Of a stretch of DNA of 64,000 bases, positions 12,831 through 26,987 are shown piece after piece. The DNA comes from Octopus vulgaris (taxonomy: Eukaryota). Under the pieces are notes generated by a model. It was not told the DNA's origin and searched no databases. It worked only from the letters and a program-made list of their open reading frames with translations. The DNA is taken from contig OX597816.1 in assembly GCA_951406725.2 (NCBI GenBank), forward strand, positions 165,974,001 to 166,038,000, given 5' to 3'. The stretch's first letter is position 1, and the number at the start of each line of letters is the position of its first letter. Made by a program: the position numbers and the translations under genes.

Positions 12831-12837
12831 AGATAGG

Positions 12838-13130
12838 TTTCGGCCAGAATTGACCCAGGTCATGTCTAGCTTAATAGCACTACCTGGAAAAGACATTTAA
12901 TGATGTTTCATAATATTTCCTTGCTTTGGGCACCGTAGCCCATTCGAGTATTGTTTGAAGAGATACATCCGAGTGTAGCTGGTTTATCTGGAATTTGTTG
13001 GAGATCCCTTTGAATGTTATAATATCCTTTTCTTCTCTTACTTGTCTTGGTTATGATAAAGAGAGCAGGGCCAGTTGAGGTGAAATAAGTCTGTCTTAGT
13101 ATTGTGATGTGAAACGAGCATGATTTTTGT
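12838..13130 (-). mobile_element. CR1/L2-group LINE 3' end (diverged)
   Basis: Minus strand reads ..STGPALFI..IPDKPATLG..SNNTREW-like. Homologous to 7140-7499. Confidence 0.6.
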
Positions 13131-14074
13131 TGAAGACAGATGGCACGTCTCGTATATATTTCTAACCAAACATATTATTTCACTTGCAACGATCTCCGAC
13201 GCATGTTTGTTAAAGAAAATCGTGAACAGATTTTATAATTACGAGCACGTGATTAATCAATCCAGATGGAATTGCAAGGTTATGTTGACCTTAAGAGAAT
13301 TTAAGTTCGTGTTTAGATTAACGATTTATATAATTCAATGATCACAGCTACATTTATTTCTTAAAGATTAAATTTTCTGAACAGCGCTCGCCATAAATTA
13401 GTCAAAAATATCATTAATCATAGATCATTGGTTTATTAACCCCAGTGGTCATTAATCTCTAAACACTAATTTGTCAACACTTTTAATTACTAATTAGCTA
13501 ACATTACTGATCCTTAATTATCGAACGATATTGATTATTGATTAGTCAACATCACAGATTATTTTGATTCATCTTTTATCTTAAATTTTTAAGTTGTTCT
13601 AGTTATTGGACTGCGGCCATGCTGGGGCACCGGTTTGAAGGGTTTAGTCGAACAAACTTGATCTTTAGCAAAATGGGTCTCGAGTGTTTCATTGGTGTAA
13701 GGAGCTCATATACAGTTATTTCCATTATCTTTTTTATAGGTTTTTGACTTAGCAAGGACCCCATATGTGGTAAGGGTTAATTTGGAAGTTTCTGTCTTAT
13801 GATTTCATGATAACATCATGCTAGTTCTAGTTGGGCTTTTGAACGAATTTTCATGTGAATATAACGGTACTGGAAAATTCTTCAGCAGCTTGGACAATAT
13901 ATGCGTTAGTTAAGAGTTCTGACTATATATATTTATAAACTTCGCCTTATCACAAATGATAGCTTAAAGTACATATATGAGTGGGTGTAAATGTATATGT
14001 AAGATATATTATATATATATAGAGATAGATATATAGAGGGAGAGAGGGAGGGGAGAGAGAGGTTAAGAGAGGTA

Positions 14075-14414
14075 ATGGTGTCAATAAAACCGAAATGTAT
14101 CAGGTAATGCTGAGTAAGTGCTATGGATAGACCATAGTTAAGCTCCAGGTTCCGTTATTATGCGAATGAGTCAAATGTGGGTCATATACCAGCATGTGTA
14201 TATATAAAAAAAAAACCAAGGCTGTGAATATTTTAGAATATTTATAAATAGGTCTTACAGCTGTTTCCAGGATATTTATTACATCCCTTTATCGGAGACG
14301 GTGTAAGAAAATGGTTAAGCATTTTCTCACGCTGTCTCTGATGAAGGAATATGATAAATATTCTGGAAACAACTGTAAGACCTATTTATAAATGTTCTAA
14401 AATATTCACAGCCT
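14075..14414. mobile_element. Family P1 copy forming a 196-bp fold-back (14219-14414)
   Basis: Inverted arms meet near GGTTAAGC (~14315). 14085-14185 is the reverse complement of 60790-60880. Confidence 0.8.
14334..14381 (+). ncRNA. Intact minimal type I hammerhead motif
   Basis: GTCT-CTGATGA-a-GGAATAT-gataa-ATATTCT-g-GAAAC-aact-GTA-AGAC. The mirror copy on the minus strand (14252-14299) has a decayed core, CCGATAA. Confidence 0.8.
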
Positions 14415-15189
14415 GTGTTAGAGTTTTGCAGTGTGAATACGGTTATGTATGAATGATTGATTGTATGTGTGTGAGTGTGAGTATGCATTATTAATGTGTA
14501 GAAATATTGTCTTTATGTATTTTTGTATGTATAAATATATACGTGTGTGTGTGTTTGTTTACGTATTTATATATGTTTATTAAATGGATATAGTATATAG
14601 AATATAAATGTGTGTGTGTTTGGTTACGTATTTATATATGGTTATTACATATATATAGTATATAGTATTTAATATTTTACTAAGAATGAAATATTTCTAT
14701 AAGTTTGTGGTTGAGTATCTGCGGCTACTGGATGTTATATTTCCTCTGTGTTATTATCATGCTGAGAGAATTTGGTTATGAATGAGAGATTGTATGTGTG
14801 TGTGTGGGAGTATGAATAAGTAATGTGTAGACGCATACGGCTACATTATAAATTTATCTTTGTCTATATGTTTATGTGTATGTATAGATATATATATGTG
14901 TGTGTGAGAGTTTGTGTATGTATTTAGATATGTTTATATACATACATGGATATATGTGTATGAGCAAGTGTGTATATATATTTTTTGTTTTTTGTTTTTT
15001 GTTTTTTGAAATTAGCTATTTCATCTTTAAATATGAGAATTTAAATACTAGGTTTCATTATATACAATCGTTTATAGAGGTTATTTTAGTTCTTGATTAT
15101 TATATATATTTTCATTGATAATTTTATATTTTTTATATATATTAGTCATTTCAAATTTATATCTTAAAAATATTGATTATATTTTAGGT

Positions 15190-15435
15190 CTTGAAACCAC
15201 CTGATGAATGTCCATTGAAGTGACAAGAAACGATCGTAGTGGATATCTTAATTAATCTTAATTATATTTAATTTATATAAAAATTTTTATGTATTGGATT
15301 AAGTCTTTCTTTGTTTGATTTGCATAATAGTGGTTTTGTCTCTAATTAATATTATATTATATTTTACTATAAAATTGGATTCAATCCTAAATCTGATTTT
15401 TCCCTGTAAATTTGGATTTATTCCCTAATATTTAT

Positions 15436-15440
<5 letters not shown>
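15190..15440 (+). mobile_element. pLTR-like family P2 element ending in (TA)n
   Basis: Sequence 3' of the hammerhead recurs at 19640-19720(+) and 37170-37255(-), each abutting (TA)n. Confidence 0.6.
15197..15242 (+). ncRNA. Intact minimal type I hammerhead motif
   Basis: CCAC-CTGATGA-a-TGTC-cattgaagt-GACA-a-GAAAC-gatc-GTA-GTGG. Perfect stems I and II and a palindromic GATC loop. Confidence 0.85.
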
Positions 15441-15486
<46 letters not shown>

Positions 15487-15507
15487 TATATATGTGTGTG
15501 TGTGTAT

Positions 15508-15690
15508 CGTTGGCGATTTTTTCCTCCGTCTTCTCTTCCTTGGATCTTTCCTTTTTCTATGTTTCTGACGAAGAGTTTCGCTCGAAACGTTAAAATCCTC
15601 CTTCTTTCTTTCCTTTCCTGAGCATCCAATAACACTATACTTGTTCCACGTCCTTGCATTGTTGTGTTTTCATGTTTGGATTAACTTTAT
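15508..15690 (+). mobile_element. Family H1 element with intact hammerhead core
   Basis: TTT-CTGACGA-a-GAGT-ttc-GCTC-GAAAC-GTT-AAA at 15562-15594. Sibling of 3480-3658. Confidence 0.75.
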
Positions 15691-15712
15691 ACATGTATCA
15701 CACACACACACG

Positions 15713-15744
<32 letters not shown>

Positions 15745-15956
15745 ACGCGTTGCGATTATGCAAAAGTGTCGTAAGTCCAAAACGTTGATTTTTTCAGATA
15801 ACGAAAAAATGGTTTCACTATTCCATTTCTTTTTACATTAGCAAAAGCGTTGTATACTGCACTTTAACAATTTTCATATCTTGGCACCGGGAGCAGTGCC
15901 AAAAGAACCGGCTATTTCATGCAAAAATAAATATTGAAAAAACGCATTTGGCCAAA

Positions 15957-15991
<35 letters not shown>

Positions 15992-16585
15992 GTATATATA
16001 ACAGAAGTAATTAAGATTCAGTTGAATTATGTATTTAATTTGAAGTACTAAATCAGTCCGGTATTATCCGCTCAGCTCGAAGTAATGGGGAATAAAATCA
16101 ATTTACTTATATATAATGCATACGCATATATAAACATAATATATTTATTGTATTATTTGAAGGAATATGCTGTGTTACTACAATGTTTCAGATATGTATC
16201 CTACATTGGACTATAAATTACTCCTGTTTTCCAAGTCTTATGCACAAGACTTGTAAGAGAAGAAATGTAGCTGAAAATTAGTTGTGTTGTAAAAGTGCAT
16301 GTTTGCGGTATATAAAGCAATGTGTTTGTAGATGCTTTGATAGGATGTGGGGGGAAACATGAGAAAGAAGTTACGATGAAGATAATGAAAAAGAACAGAA
16401 AACAAACGTTTTTGGAATAGAGTGAGAAAAGAAAGGTTGTTAAAGATATATATTTTTTTTTTGTGGTTTGACAGTTAAAGCTATATTGAAAATATTTAGG
16501 TATTCGAATGAAATATTGATAGTCTATATGTCATTCTTTATAGCTTATTGTTTGAAAGTCACTTGCTAGGATTTGAATTTGTATA

Positions 16586-16624
<39 letters not shown>

Positions 16625-16627
<3 letters not shown>

Positions 16628-17081
16628 TTGACTTGCTTCAGTCATTCGATTGCAGCCATGCTGGGGCATCGCATTGAAGAGTTTATAGTTGAATGAATCG
16701 ACCGCAGTACTTATTTTATCAAACATGGTACTTTCTATCAGTCTCTTTTGCCGAAACGCTTTGTTACGGCGACGTAAACACACCACCACCGGTTGTCAAA
16801 CGATAGTAGCGGATAAAGCAGACAGACACAAAGACATACACACACGCACGCACACACACACATACACACACATGTATGTGTGGTCGAAGGTAGATCACAG
16901 GGATTACGTTCAATGGTATGCATTGGGTGGTTTGGGGAAACTATTCGGGTGCGAGGTAGGTTGCGTGGCACGTTGGCCAAATGTCTTCTTCTATAGCTTC
17001 GGGTCGACCAAAGCCTTGTAAATAGATCTGGTAGACGGAAACTGAAAGAGGGCCATCGTATATATATATGTGTGTGTGAGT

Positions 17082-17178
<97 letters not shown>

Positions 17179-17390
17179 TTTGTGTATGTCTGCTTTATCC
17201 GCCACTATCGTTTGACAACCGGTGGTGGTGTGTTTACGTCGCCGTAACAAAGCGTTTCGGCAAAAGGGAATGATAGAATAAGTACCATGTTTGATAAAAT
17301 AAGTACTGCGGTCGATTCATTCGACTAGAAACGCTTCAATGCGGCGCCCCAGCATGGCCGCAATCGAATGACTGAAGCAAGTAAAAGACA
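16625..17390. mobile_element. SINE B copy (16905-17390, +) with an inverted duplicate of its 3' half (16625-16850, -)
   Basis: The two arms share private variants (AACGCTTTGTTACGGCGACG, CACCACCACCGG, TTTTATCAAACATGG). Confidence 0.85.
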
Positions 17391-17596
17391 TATGTCTGTG
17401 TTATTGTGTGTGTGCGTGTGTGTGTGCATGTATGTGTGTGAGTGTGTGTGTGTGTGTGCGTGCGTGCGTATGTGTGTGCGTGAGCGTGTTTGCGCGTGTG
17501 TGTGTGCGTGTGTGTGTGTGTGTGAGTGTTGTGTGTGTGTGTGTATACACTCATAAGAGAGAGTGTGTGTATGTCTAGGAATACTTCACACACTAT

Positions 17597-17742
17597 TGAG
17601 TTAAAATTCCGCCGAGGTCGACTTTGCTTTTCATCCTTTCGGGGTCGATAAATAAAGTATCAGTTGCGTACTGGGCTTGATCTAATCGACTGGCCCCCTC
17701 CCACAAAATTTCGGGCCTTGTGCATAGAGTAGAAAAAGAATA
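17597..17742 (+). mobile_element. 5'-truncated SINE A variant
   Basis: AATTCCGCCGAGGTCGACTTTGC..., with the tail GGCCTTGTGC.TAGAGTAGAAAA also seen at 52320-52348. Confidence 0.8.
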
Positions 17743-17919
17743 CTTCAAATGCTATTTATCAACTAAATTGCTCTCATTAGCGTTTCCCTTGATTAACTTG
17801 CATAAGGATCGAAATCTGCTAATTGGTGTATGTCTATGCGTTAGTTGCATTTCATCATTGATATTTTCAAAACAAAGTTTATAGCAACAACAGCAGCAGC
17901 AACAACAACATAAAGAGCA

Positions 17920-17985
17920 ATAATAATAATAATAATAATAATAATGGTGATGATGATGATGATGATAATAATAATAATGGTGATG

Positions 17986-18059
<74 letters not shown>

Positions 18060-18060
18060 C
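17920..18060. repeat. (AAT)n/(GAT)n microsatellite
   Basis: Direct reading. Confidence 0.95.
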
Positions 18061-18584
18061 CAAGAGAAGCACAGAGATCAAATAATTATATTATACCATT
18101 TTATATTGAATTTCGAAATATTTATTTAAGCAAACTAACTAAATATTTTAAAGAAATTTAAATGCAGTTATAATAAATAACAAAAAAAAACGTACAAATA
18201 ACAAAATAACGCAATTTTTAATAGAATCACAATATTTTGGCTATATTAATTCTAAATTTATTTATCTGATATTCAGAATTGTAGAAAATTAACGAATTCC
18301 GATAATCGAACCTGACTGTTTCATCATATTTCTGTTATTCTTGTTGATGTTGCTGATGCTGGTGATGGTGATGTTATAGTCGAATTATTAACTAGTTATC
18401 TTAATCAAATTAAGTGTTAAGTTTGCGATAAAAATGTTATCAATAGCAAATTGATCGATTTTTTAGAAAACTGAACTTTTGATCATGCTTTATTGTGAAT
18501 ATATGTTATGTAGAAAGTGTTTATTTTGAGTTTGCGCTTGTGTTGGTACTGTGTGTATATCTGTAGAGGGGCGTTTCAATACAT

Positions 18585-18839
18585 CTCTTTACTCTTTACT
18601 CTTTACTCTTTTACTTGTTTCAGTCATTTGACTGCGGCCATGCTGTAGCACCGCCTTTAGTCGAGCAACTCGACCCCAGGACTTATTCTTTGTAAGCCCA
18701 GTACTTATTCTATCGGTTTCTTTTGCAGAACCGCTAAGTGACGGGGACGTAAACACACCAGCATCGGTTGTCAAGCAATGCTAGGGGGACAAACACAGAC
18801 ACACAAACACACACACGCATATATATATATATATATATA

Positions 18840-18898
<59 letters not shown>

Positions 18899-19243
18899 GT
18901 AGCTGAAAATTAGTTGTGTAGTAAAAGTGCATGTAAAAGGGCCATCGTATATATATATGTGTGTATGTATGTGTGTGTATGTGTGTGTGAGTGTGTGTTT
19001 GTGTGTATATATATGTGTATATAAAAAAGTGTGTAGTAAAAGTGCATGTAAAAGTGCATGTATATATATATATATATATATATACATATATACGACGGGC
19101 TTCTTTCAGTTTCCATCTACCAAATCCACTCACAAGGCTTTGGTCGGCCCGAGGCTATAGTAGAAGACACTTGCCCAAGGGGACTGAACCCGGAACCATG
19201 TGGTTGGTTAGCAAGCTACTTACCACACAGCCACTCCTGCGCC
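18585..19243 (-). mobile_element. Full-length SINE family B with expanded internal microsatellite slot
   Basis: tRNA-like head TAGGCGCAGGAGTGGCTGTGTGG...GGTTCAGTCC, CORE-like CCTTGGGCAAGTG, central (TA)/(TG) tract and (GAGTAAA)n tail. Confidence 0.9.
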
Positions 19244-19716
19244 TACATCTGTGTATCTATAAATGTGTATGTGCGTTTGCGTGTGTCTGTGCATTTGTGT
19301 GAGTGTACGTGGTATATATAGTGGTATTACATCCCTGAACCAGAAATTGATATTTGGCTAAACTTTTTTTAAAATCTCTTTTGTTTATTCCCTCGCTTTC
19401 AGCCCGTGTCTGTGTGATAAATAAGGTAGTTTTAGAGCCATTTGGCGTCTACTTCTAGCATGTTGCGCTACTCAGTAGTTGCTTTTTAAGTTTTGTATTA
19501 ATTTTTACCTAAATGGTTTTTTACATGCTAGCTACTCGATATATAGATTCCATCCTTGATTATAATGATATATATACTCATTATCTTTTATTAAACTTTT
19601 AATACTTTTGATATATATTTAAAATAATATAAATTAATTAATTTTATGTATTGGCTTAAGTTTTTCATTGTTTGATTTGCCTAATAGTGGTTTTATCTCT
19701 AATTTAATATAATGTA

Positions 19717-19801
<85 letters not shown>

Positions 19802-19805
19802 AGAC

Positions 19806-19884
<79 letters not shown>

Positions 19885-20319
19885 CCTAAAATTATGCGCT
19901 TATACGCATGCTCACACACAAAAACATCGTATTTGCCACATTATAAGATGCGCGCTTTTTCATTGTTGGAAATAAGATTGCTCTGTGTCTAACGTGTATA
20001 ACGGATTGGAGCCAAAAATGAGCATTAGATAATAATGGTTGATAATATCGGAACAGGCCAAAAGATCACAATCTGTTAGCACTAACTTACGAAAATTTGT
20101 CCATTCCGTTGACAAAAGTGAGTACTACCTGTATTTCAAAGGGCCAGCCTTGTTACATTCTGTGTCACACGAAATCTCCCTGAGAACTATGTTAAGGATA
20201 CATGTGTCTGTGGAATTCTCAGTGACCTGTGCGTTAATCCCACGAGCAGGTTGTTCCCTTGATCGGATCAACTTGAACATTCATTGTCTTAACCAATGGA
20301 GTGCTAGTTTTATTTTACA

Positions 20320-20866
<547 letters not shown>

Positions 20867-21171
20867 ATTCATAATAATATTTAATTATAAAAATATAATA
20901 GGATATTTTTGACATTGAGAAGGATCCAGTAGCGTAAAGCAGAAATCAATGTAGTTCAAAGGCAAAATAACAGTCGAGAAGCACTGATCTAAATGAAAGT
21001 TCTAAAAAGATGAAAGGAATGTTAAACTTTCATCCGCCTATCAGCTATTTCCAATGAGTATATGACAGCGGTGGTGCGTCAGCATGATGGCTAGTGGTGT
21101 TCACACAAAATATCAGAACCAAAGATACACATCCTGTATAGCAATTTAGCTATTTTGTTGACTAAAATATG

Positions 21172-21476
21172 TAGGCGCAACAGTGGCTGTGCGGTAGGTA
21201 GCTTGCTTACCAACCACGTTGTTCCGGGTTCGGTCCCACTGTGTGGCACCTTTGGCAAGAGTCTTCTTACTATAGCCTCGAGCCGACTAAGGCTTTGTGA
21301 ATGGATTTGGTAGATGGAAACTGAAAGAAGACCTTCGTATATTTATATATAATCGAGTGGTACCCGCGTGAGCGGAAAAGACCACCCGGAAGACCTCCAC
21401 GACGGTGGAATTACGATTTCAGGAGGACGATTGGGATATATATATTTGTGTGTGTATATATGTGTGTATATATATG

Positions 21477-21511
<35 letters not shown>

Positions 21512-21512
21512 A

Positions 21513-21544
<32 letters not shown>

Positions 21545-21775
21545 GGTGAGTATGTTTCTGTGTCTGTGTTTGCCCCCCACCAACCCACCCACCATAGCAT
21601 GACAATCGATGCTGATGAGTTTACGTCCCCGTAATATAGCGCTTCGGCAAAAGAGACCGATAGAATAAGTACTAGGCTTCCAAAGAATAAGTCCTGGGAT
21701 CGATTTGTTCGACTAAAGGCGGTGCTCCAGCATGGCCGCAGTCAAATGACTGAAACAAATAACAGTATAAAAGAA
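21172..21775 (+). mobile_element. Full-length SINE family B carrying an RTE fragment
   Basis: Same structure as other B copies, with an insertion at 21352-21438 in the central slot. Confidence 0.88.
21352..21438 (+). mobile_element. RTE-clade LINE C-terminal fragment
   Basis: Translates IEWYPRERKRPPGRPPRRWNYDFRRTIG, the W.P...KR..GRP..RW.D motif of RTE ORF C-termini. Confidence 0.7.
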
Positions 21776-22187
21776 CTACACATGATCTGAAACGTATTTT
21801 ATGTATTATAAATTGTTGGTTTCCATACTTTATTTCAACTATAGGATGTTATTCAAACCCTCAACTAAGATTCCACTACACCTTATAGCGAAACAGCTGT
21901 AAGCTAATGAAGATCATTACATGACATTTAGATTTTCCTGTGTCATCTTTTTTTCTTATCATCGCTCTATATTCACCGGACACTTTGTTCTGGAACGTAC
22001 GTACGTGGAATACCACGCTGCCACAGCATTGTGTTCATATGCAGAGAATCATGATTATCTTCCCAAAACCACTTTAAAATATCTTTCAATAAGTGTCTGA
22101 AGAAACATGCAAAATGTTTTCCCTTACAAAATAAACTCTTGAGATAGATGTGCTCTTTATGTGAGAGTGCGACTTATACGCCGGGAC

Positions 22188-22218
<31 letters not shown>

Positions 22219-22420
22219 TGTATGTATGTATGAATGTATGTATGTATGTATGTATGTATGCGTGTATGTATGGATATATATATATGTGTGTGTGTGTATA
22301 TATACATATATATATATGTGTGTGTGTGCATATATATATATATATATATATGCATATATATGTACATATATATATATAGAGAGAGAGAGAAAGAAAGAGA
22401 GAAATACATACATACATACA

Positions 22421-22451
<31 letters not shown>

Positions 22452-22484
22452 TTATACACGCGCGCGCGCAGTAAAATTGATGCA

Positions 22485-22866
22485 TTTCTTTGTTGCCCAC
22501 AAGGGGCTAAACATAAAAGAGACAAACAAGGAGAAACAAAGGGATTAAGTCGATTACATCGAGACCAGTGCGTAACTGGTACTTAATTTACCGACCCCGA
22601 AAGGATGAAAGGCAAAGTCGACTTCGTCGGAGTTTGAAATCAGAACGTAATGACAGCCGAAATACCTATTTCTTTACTACCCACAAGGGGCTAAACAAAG
22701 AGAGGACAGACAAACGGATTAAGTCTATTATATCGACCCCAATGCGTAACTGGTACTTATTTAATCGACCCCGAAAGGATGAAAGGCAAAGTCGACCTCG
22801 GCGGAATTTGAACTCAGAACGTAGTGGCAGAAGAAATATCGCTAAGCATTTCGCCCGGCATGCTAA
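22485..22866 (-). mobile_element. Head-to-tail dimer of SINE A
   Basis: Two units joined at AAAGAAATAG|GTATTTC. Confidence 0.88.
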
Positions 22867-23583
22867 AATCCCAATGAATAATAACAAAGTTATATAATAA
22901 ATTCTTCATTATCTTTAAAACTAATGGAAGGCAGTTTATTTTTCATCTAGAATATTGTAAGAAAAGAGTTAAGTATTCTTGATAAGGTTTAAAACTATAT
23001 ATTTTACTCACTCCTACTCCCCAAAATTGGAAATCGGTTTCATTATTACTATTAGCGTTCACGCGCCTATTTATGTAACCCTTGGTTGTTGCATCCTGTA
23101 ACGTCCTTAATCTTTTTCTTTTTGCGAATCCTTTGTGCTGAATAAAGAAAGTATTATTATTAGTATTGCTGTTGTTGTTGTTGTCCTTCAAATTCAATAT
23201 TATAGCCTGAAAAATAACCAAAGTTTCCAATTGGTTTCACACCAGCTTTCGTTCTCAAATTCTGATATGAAACACATTGATCATCTAGGTATCACAAAAC
23301 TATAATACAGAATTTTGTCAATAGCAACAGCAGCAAAAATATTTATAACAACATATCCACTCTTTTAAGCAATATATGAGTGCCTGTTTTCTCTCATTCA
23401 TGGACTCATGGATGATGTGACAACTACCTACGCGCGTTTATGTGTGTGTGAGTGTATGTGTGTATTCATATGTATAAGCATATAGCCAAATCGATGCATT
23501 ACATATATACACACTTGCATGTGTGTGTTTATGTATGTATGTACATATATACATACATATATACATATATATATGTATATATG

Positions 23584-23639
<56 letters not shown>

Positions 23640-23648
<9 letters not shown>

Positions 23649-24010
23649 GGCAGTTTGTCTGTGCGTGTTTCTGTGTGTCTGTTGGTTGTACCCTCACCCT
23701 GACCACGGCTTTCAACCGATTCTGATGAAACTTGACACACACATAGCCCAATGTCATAATTCAAAACTAACGCAGCGAAAATTTTGAAAAGTTCCCCCAG
23801 TTCTGAAAAAAATCGATAAATTCGACATGGGGTCGAGAATCAGAAACAAACCGCAAACTGTCTAGGGGACGCAACTCCACCTTTTTTAACTAAAAAAAAA
23901 AATTTACCATAATTTTTTTCCATTTTTTTGCTATTTTTTGGCTATAACTCTAAAAATGCTTTATAGTTATTTCCCTTACAAACCTGAGCAACGCCGGGCG
24001 ATACTGCTAG
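23640..24010 (+). mobile_element. Non-autonomous Helitron
   Basis: 5' TATATAAACGGCAG..TTCAACCGATT.TGATGAAACTT; 3' hairpin CCTGAGCAACGCCGGG and CTAG|T. Homologous to 58951-59410. Confidence 0.8.
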
Positions 24011-24771
24011 TATATATATATATACGATATAATCTGCTTATTGATTTCTTTGTCAAATCTATGCTGTGCATGTGAAACCACAATCCTTATCATTTATATT
24101 CGTGTGCATACAAGTGTATGTACGTACCTGTATGTGTGTACGCATGTGTGACTGTATCTTTGTTTTCTTTTTTCTCCATCTTTTCTACCGATCTCCCTTT
24201 CTTTCTCCCTTTGTCTCTCTTTCTTTCCCTTTCACTCTCACTATCTCTATTTGTCTTGCTCGCTACTTTCTGTCTCCAGATGTTATGTTAAACGATTATC
24301 TATTAAATTCAACGATCAAATATTGTAGATCATTATATAAACATTTACTTTAAACTCTCTGAATAAACCAACAGAATTCAACGGATTATATTTCCTTTCA
24401 GAAATTCATTCAATAAGAACATTGATTCGAATTGATAATTCTTCAGATATTTTATTCATTCGAACAGCCAACATGGCTTTCTATGTCACATATACAAGAA
24501 ACTGCTTCAAAATATCACCAAAAAACTATTGAATGGAAAACGTGATTCCAACGTCTGACTACCTGAATACGAGTGAGGTTTAATTCACAAACGGGTTTCT
24601 TTTGTATCCTAGCTGCTGTTATTACTGTTGTTTGGTCCCATGTCAAATTGTTACAGGAATCGACAGTTTACCATATTCTATTGTATATATTTCAATGCAT
24701 CATTCATTGCCGTTATGTTGAGTATACTCAACATGCAGGAATTGAACACCTATTTTCTATATCTTAAATTA

Positions 24772-24854
24772 TCTCTGACGAGATTCGACTTTCAAAATAA
24801 TTTTAATTTTATTAATTAATTTTCTGAAGGTCTAGAATTGAAACAGCTGTAAGA
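24772..24854 (+). ncRNA. Type I hammerhead motif, extended stem II
   Basis: TCT-CTGACGA-GATTC.GACTTTCA...TGAAGGTC.GAATT-GAAAC-agct-GTA-AGA. Confidence 0.72.
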
Positions 24855-25066
24855 GATATTTGTCAATTCTTAATTAATAAATAATAGTTTATCAATTATC
24901 TCTCTCTCTTCTTATCTTATTGTAATAAATAAATATATACAAATCACAGTAAAGTTCAACATATTTTGTATAGATAACTAACCAGTATTTTCATAGTATT
25001 TTGCTATCCTTTAATGAGGTTTGCAACCTTTATTTGAACTTCTAATATATATATAGAGAGAGATAC

Positions 25067-25152
<86 letters not shown>

Positions 25153-25218
25153 ATGTGTGCGTGTGTATATATATCTATGTTTGTAAGTATGTGAGTGTGT
25201 GTGCATGCGTTTCAAGCC

Positions 25219-25955
25219 AATGTTCTGCAAAATAATTATTTTACGTTTTCTCAAATGTTTATAAAATTCATAAAACATCAATCACCTACCGACAAATATC
25301 TGGAACTGCGAAGGGTACAAAGGTTTCCCCAACGTACACCAACTTAAACATGAATTATCTACACGTCTAAATGTACGAACAAGTCAAAACAAAATATGGT
25401 ATCAACTTTCAAACTTATGTGGCGGAAAGTTGGAAACGCTACATAAATTACGGCCTTATTTTGTGGACATCCAACCTAGATGACCTCAATAATTTCAAAT
25501 TCCTACTCAATAGCATCAGTGATAGTATTCAGTGCACCATGGAACTGAGCCATAACCAAGTACCCTTCATAGACCTTTTGATTATTAGGAATGACACAAA
25601 CATAGAAACCAACGGATTCTAAACAGTACCGACTATTTTCTTTATGCCACCCAAACATACCAAAACTAATAGTCCATTTATCCTAGTGAGAAAACTTCGA
25701 GCACTTGTCTTCAATCTGGGTGTTCAGAATAAAAGACTCTTTGAATTAACGCAGGCAATACTTGAACGAATGTACCCCTCCACTCTCACACAGAATGGAA
25801 TAGAACGTGCCAAAGCAATAGGTATTGAAGAATTAAGAAAAGCCAAAGGCATTTCAGATACACCCAAAACTCTATCTTTAATTACAGCACAGCCCCACCC
25901 CCCACCCCACCCCCAAAAAAACGTAGAAACTTTCAGCATTATCCATCAGTACATC
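25219..25955 (+). mobile_element. Penelope-like element RT and thumb/linker, decayed
   Basis: VLQNNYFTF..YRQISGTAKGTKVSPTYTNL..WKRYINY (RYIDD decayed)..LNSI..IQCTME..VPFIDL..PKHTKTNSPF.L.R.LR..KRL.EL..YP..NGIERAK. Confidence 0.88.
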
Positions 25956-26223
25956 AGTACTCCGAGCCTCCACCCCAGAAACTGCTGTCGGACTTTTAAC
26001 CCCCTACCTTCTGCTCTTTATTTTTCTGTGTCTTTATACTGTGTAAGTTTGCTCTGTTAATACATAAATATCTAAATATTTATACTTGAATTTTCATTGT
26101 TTGAAAATGTCCAATCTTTGCTTTCTCTCTTTTTACATGTATTATATATGTATATATATTCTGTATAGCAAACCCAAGCAGTTTTCTTTGTTTATTTCTT
26201 TCTCTCTCTCTCGCTTTCTTTTC

Positions 26224-26269
<46 letters not shown>

Positions 26270-26270
<1 letters not shown>

Positions 26271-26431
26271 TGCAGGCATGGCTGTGTGGTAAGAACCTCG
26301 TTTCCCAACCTCATGGTTCCGGGTCCAGCCCCACCGCGAGGCACCTTGGGCAAGTGTCTTCTAGTATAGCCTCGAGCCAACCAAAACCTTGTGAGTGGAT
26401 TTGGCAGACGAAAACTGAAAGAAGCCTATCT

Positions 26432-26475
<44 letters not shown>

Positions 26476-26572
26476 GTGTGTGCGCGTGTGCGTGTGTATG
26501 TATGTATGTATGTATGTATGTATGTATGTATGTATGTATGCATGTATGTATGTGTATGCATACATACATACA

Positions 26573-26631
<59 letters not shown>

Positions 26632-26720
26632 GTATTTGTATAAAAGTGGCCTATAGAATCAGGTTAGAATAAGTCCAGGGTCGATTTGTTGTACAAATGA
26701 CTGAAACAAGGAAAAGAAAA
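26270..26720 (+). mobile_element. SINE family B, diverged and deleted in the 3' half
   Basis: Recognisable head and central microsatellite. Confidence 0.75.
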
Positions 26721-26987
26721 GAAATATATATTCACTGACAAGCTTCACACAGTTTCCCCTCAGATTCACTCAAAAGCGTTTGTTGATTGGGGCAGAAACA
26801 ATTGCTCAGAACACCGCGTAATGGATCTGATACCCATAATATGCACTAAATAGCTTTAACCACTCACCCATGACTGCATCTGTTAGTGGAACCGATCGTT
26901 GTTATTTTGCAAGTCGAGCAACGTACAGGCTCTTTGACTCACGGCTAGATTTAAAATCGAGTTTGAAAGGAAATACTTTACATAAAG

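Noticed and set aside
13436-13780. Possible piggyBac element ending AGGG-TTAA at 13773-13780
   Set aside because: No matching left TIR could be found, and one 8-mer is insufficient.
23722-23735. CTGATGAAAC resembling a hammerhead core
   Set aside because: No stem II between the boxes. It is part of the Helitron 5' motif and reads CCGATGAAAC in the other copy.
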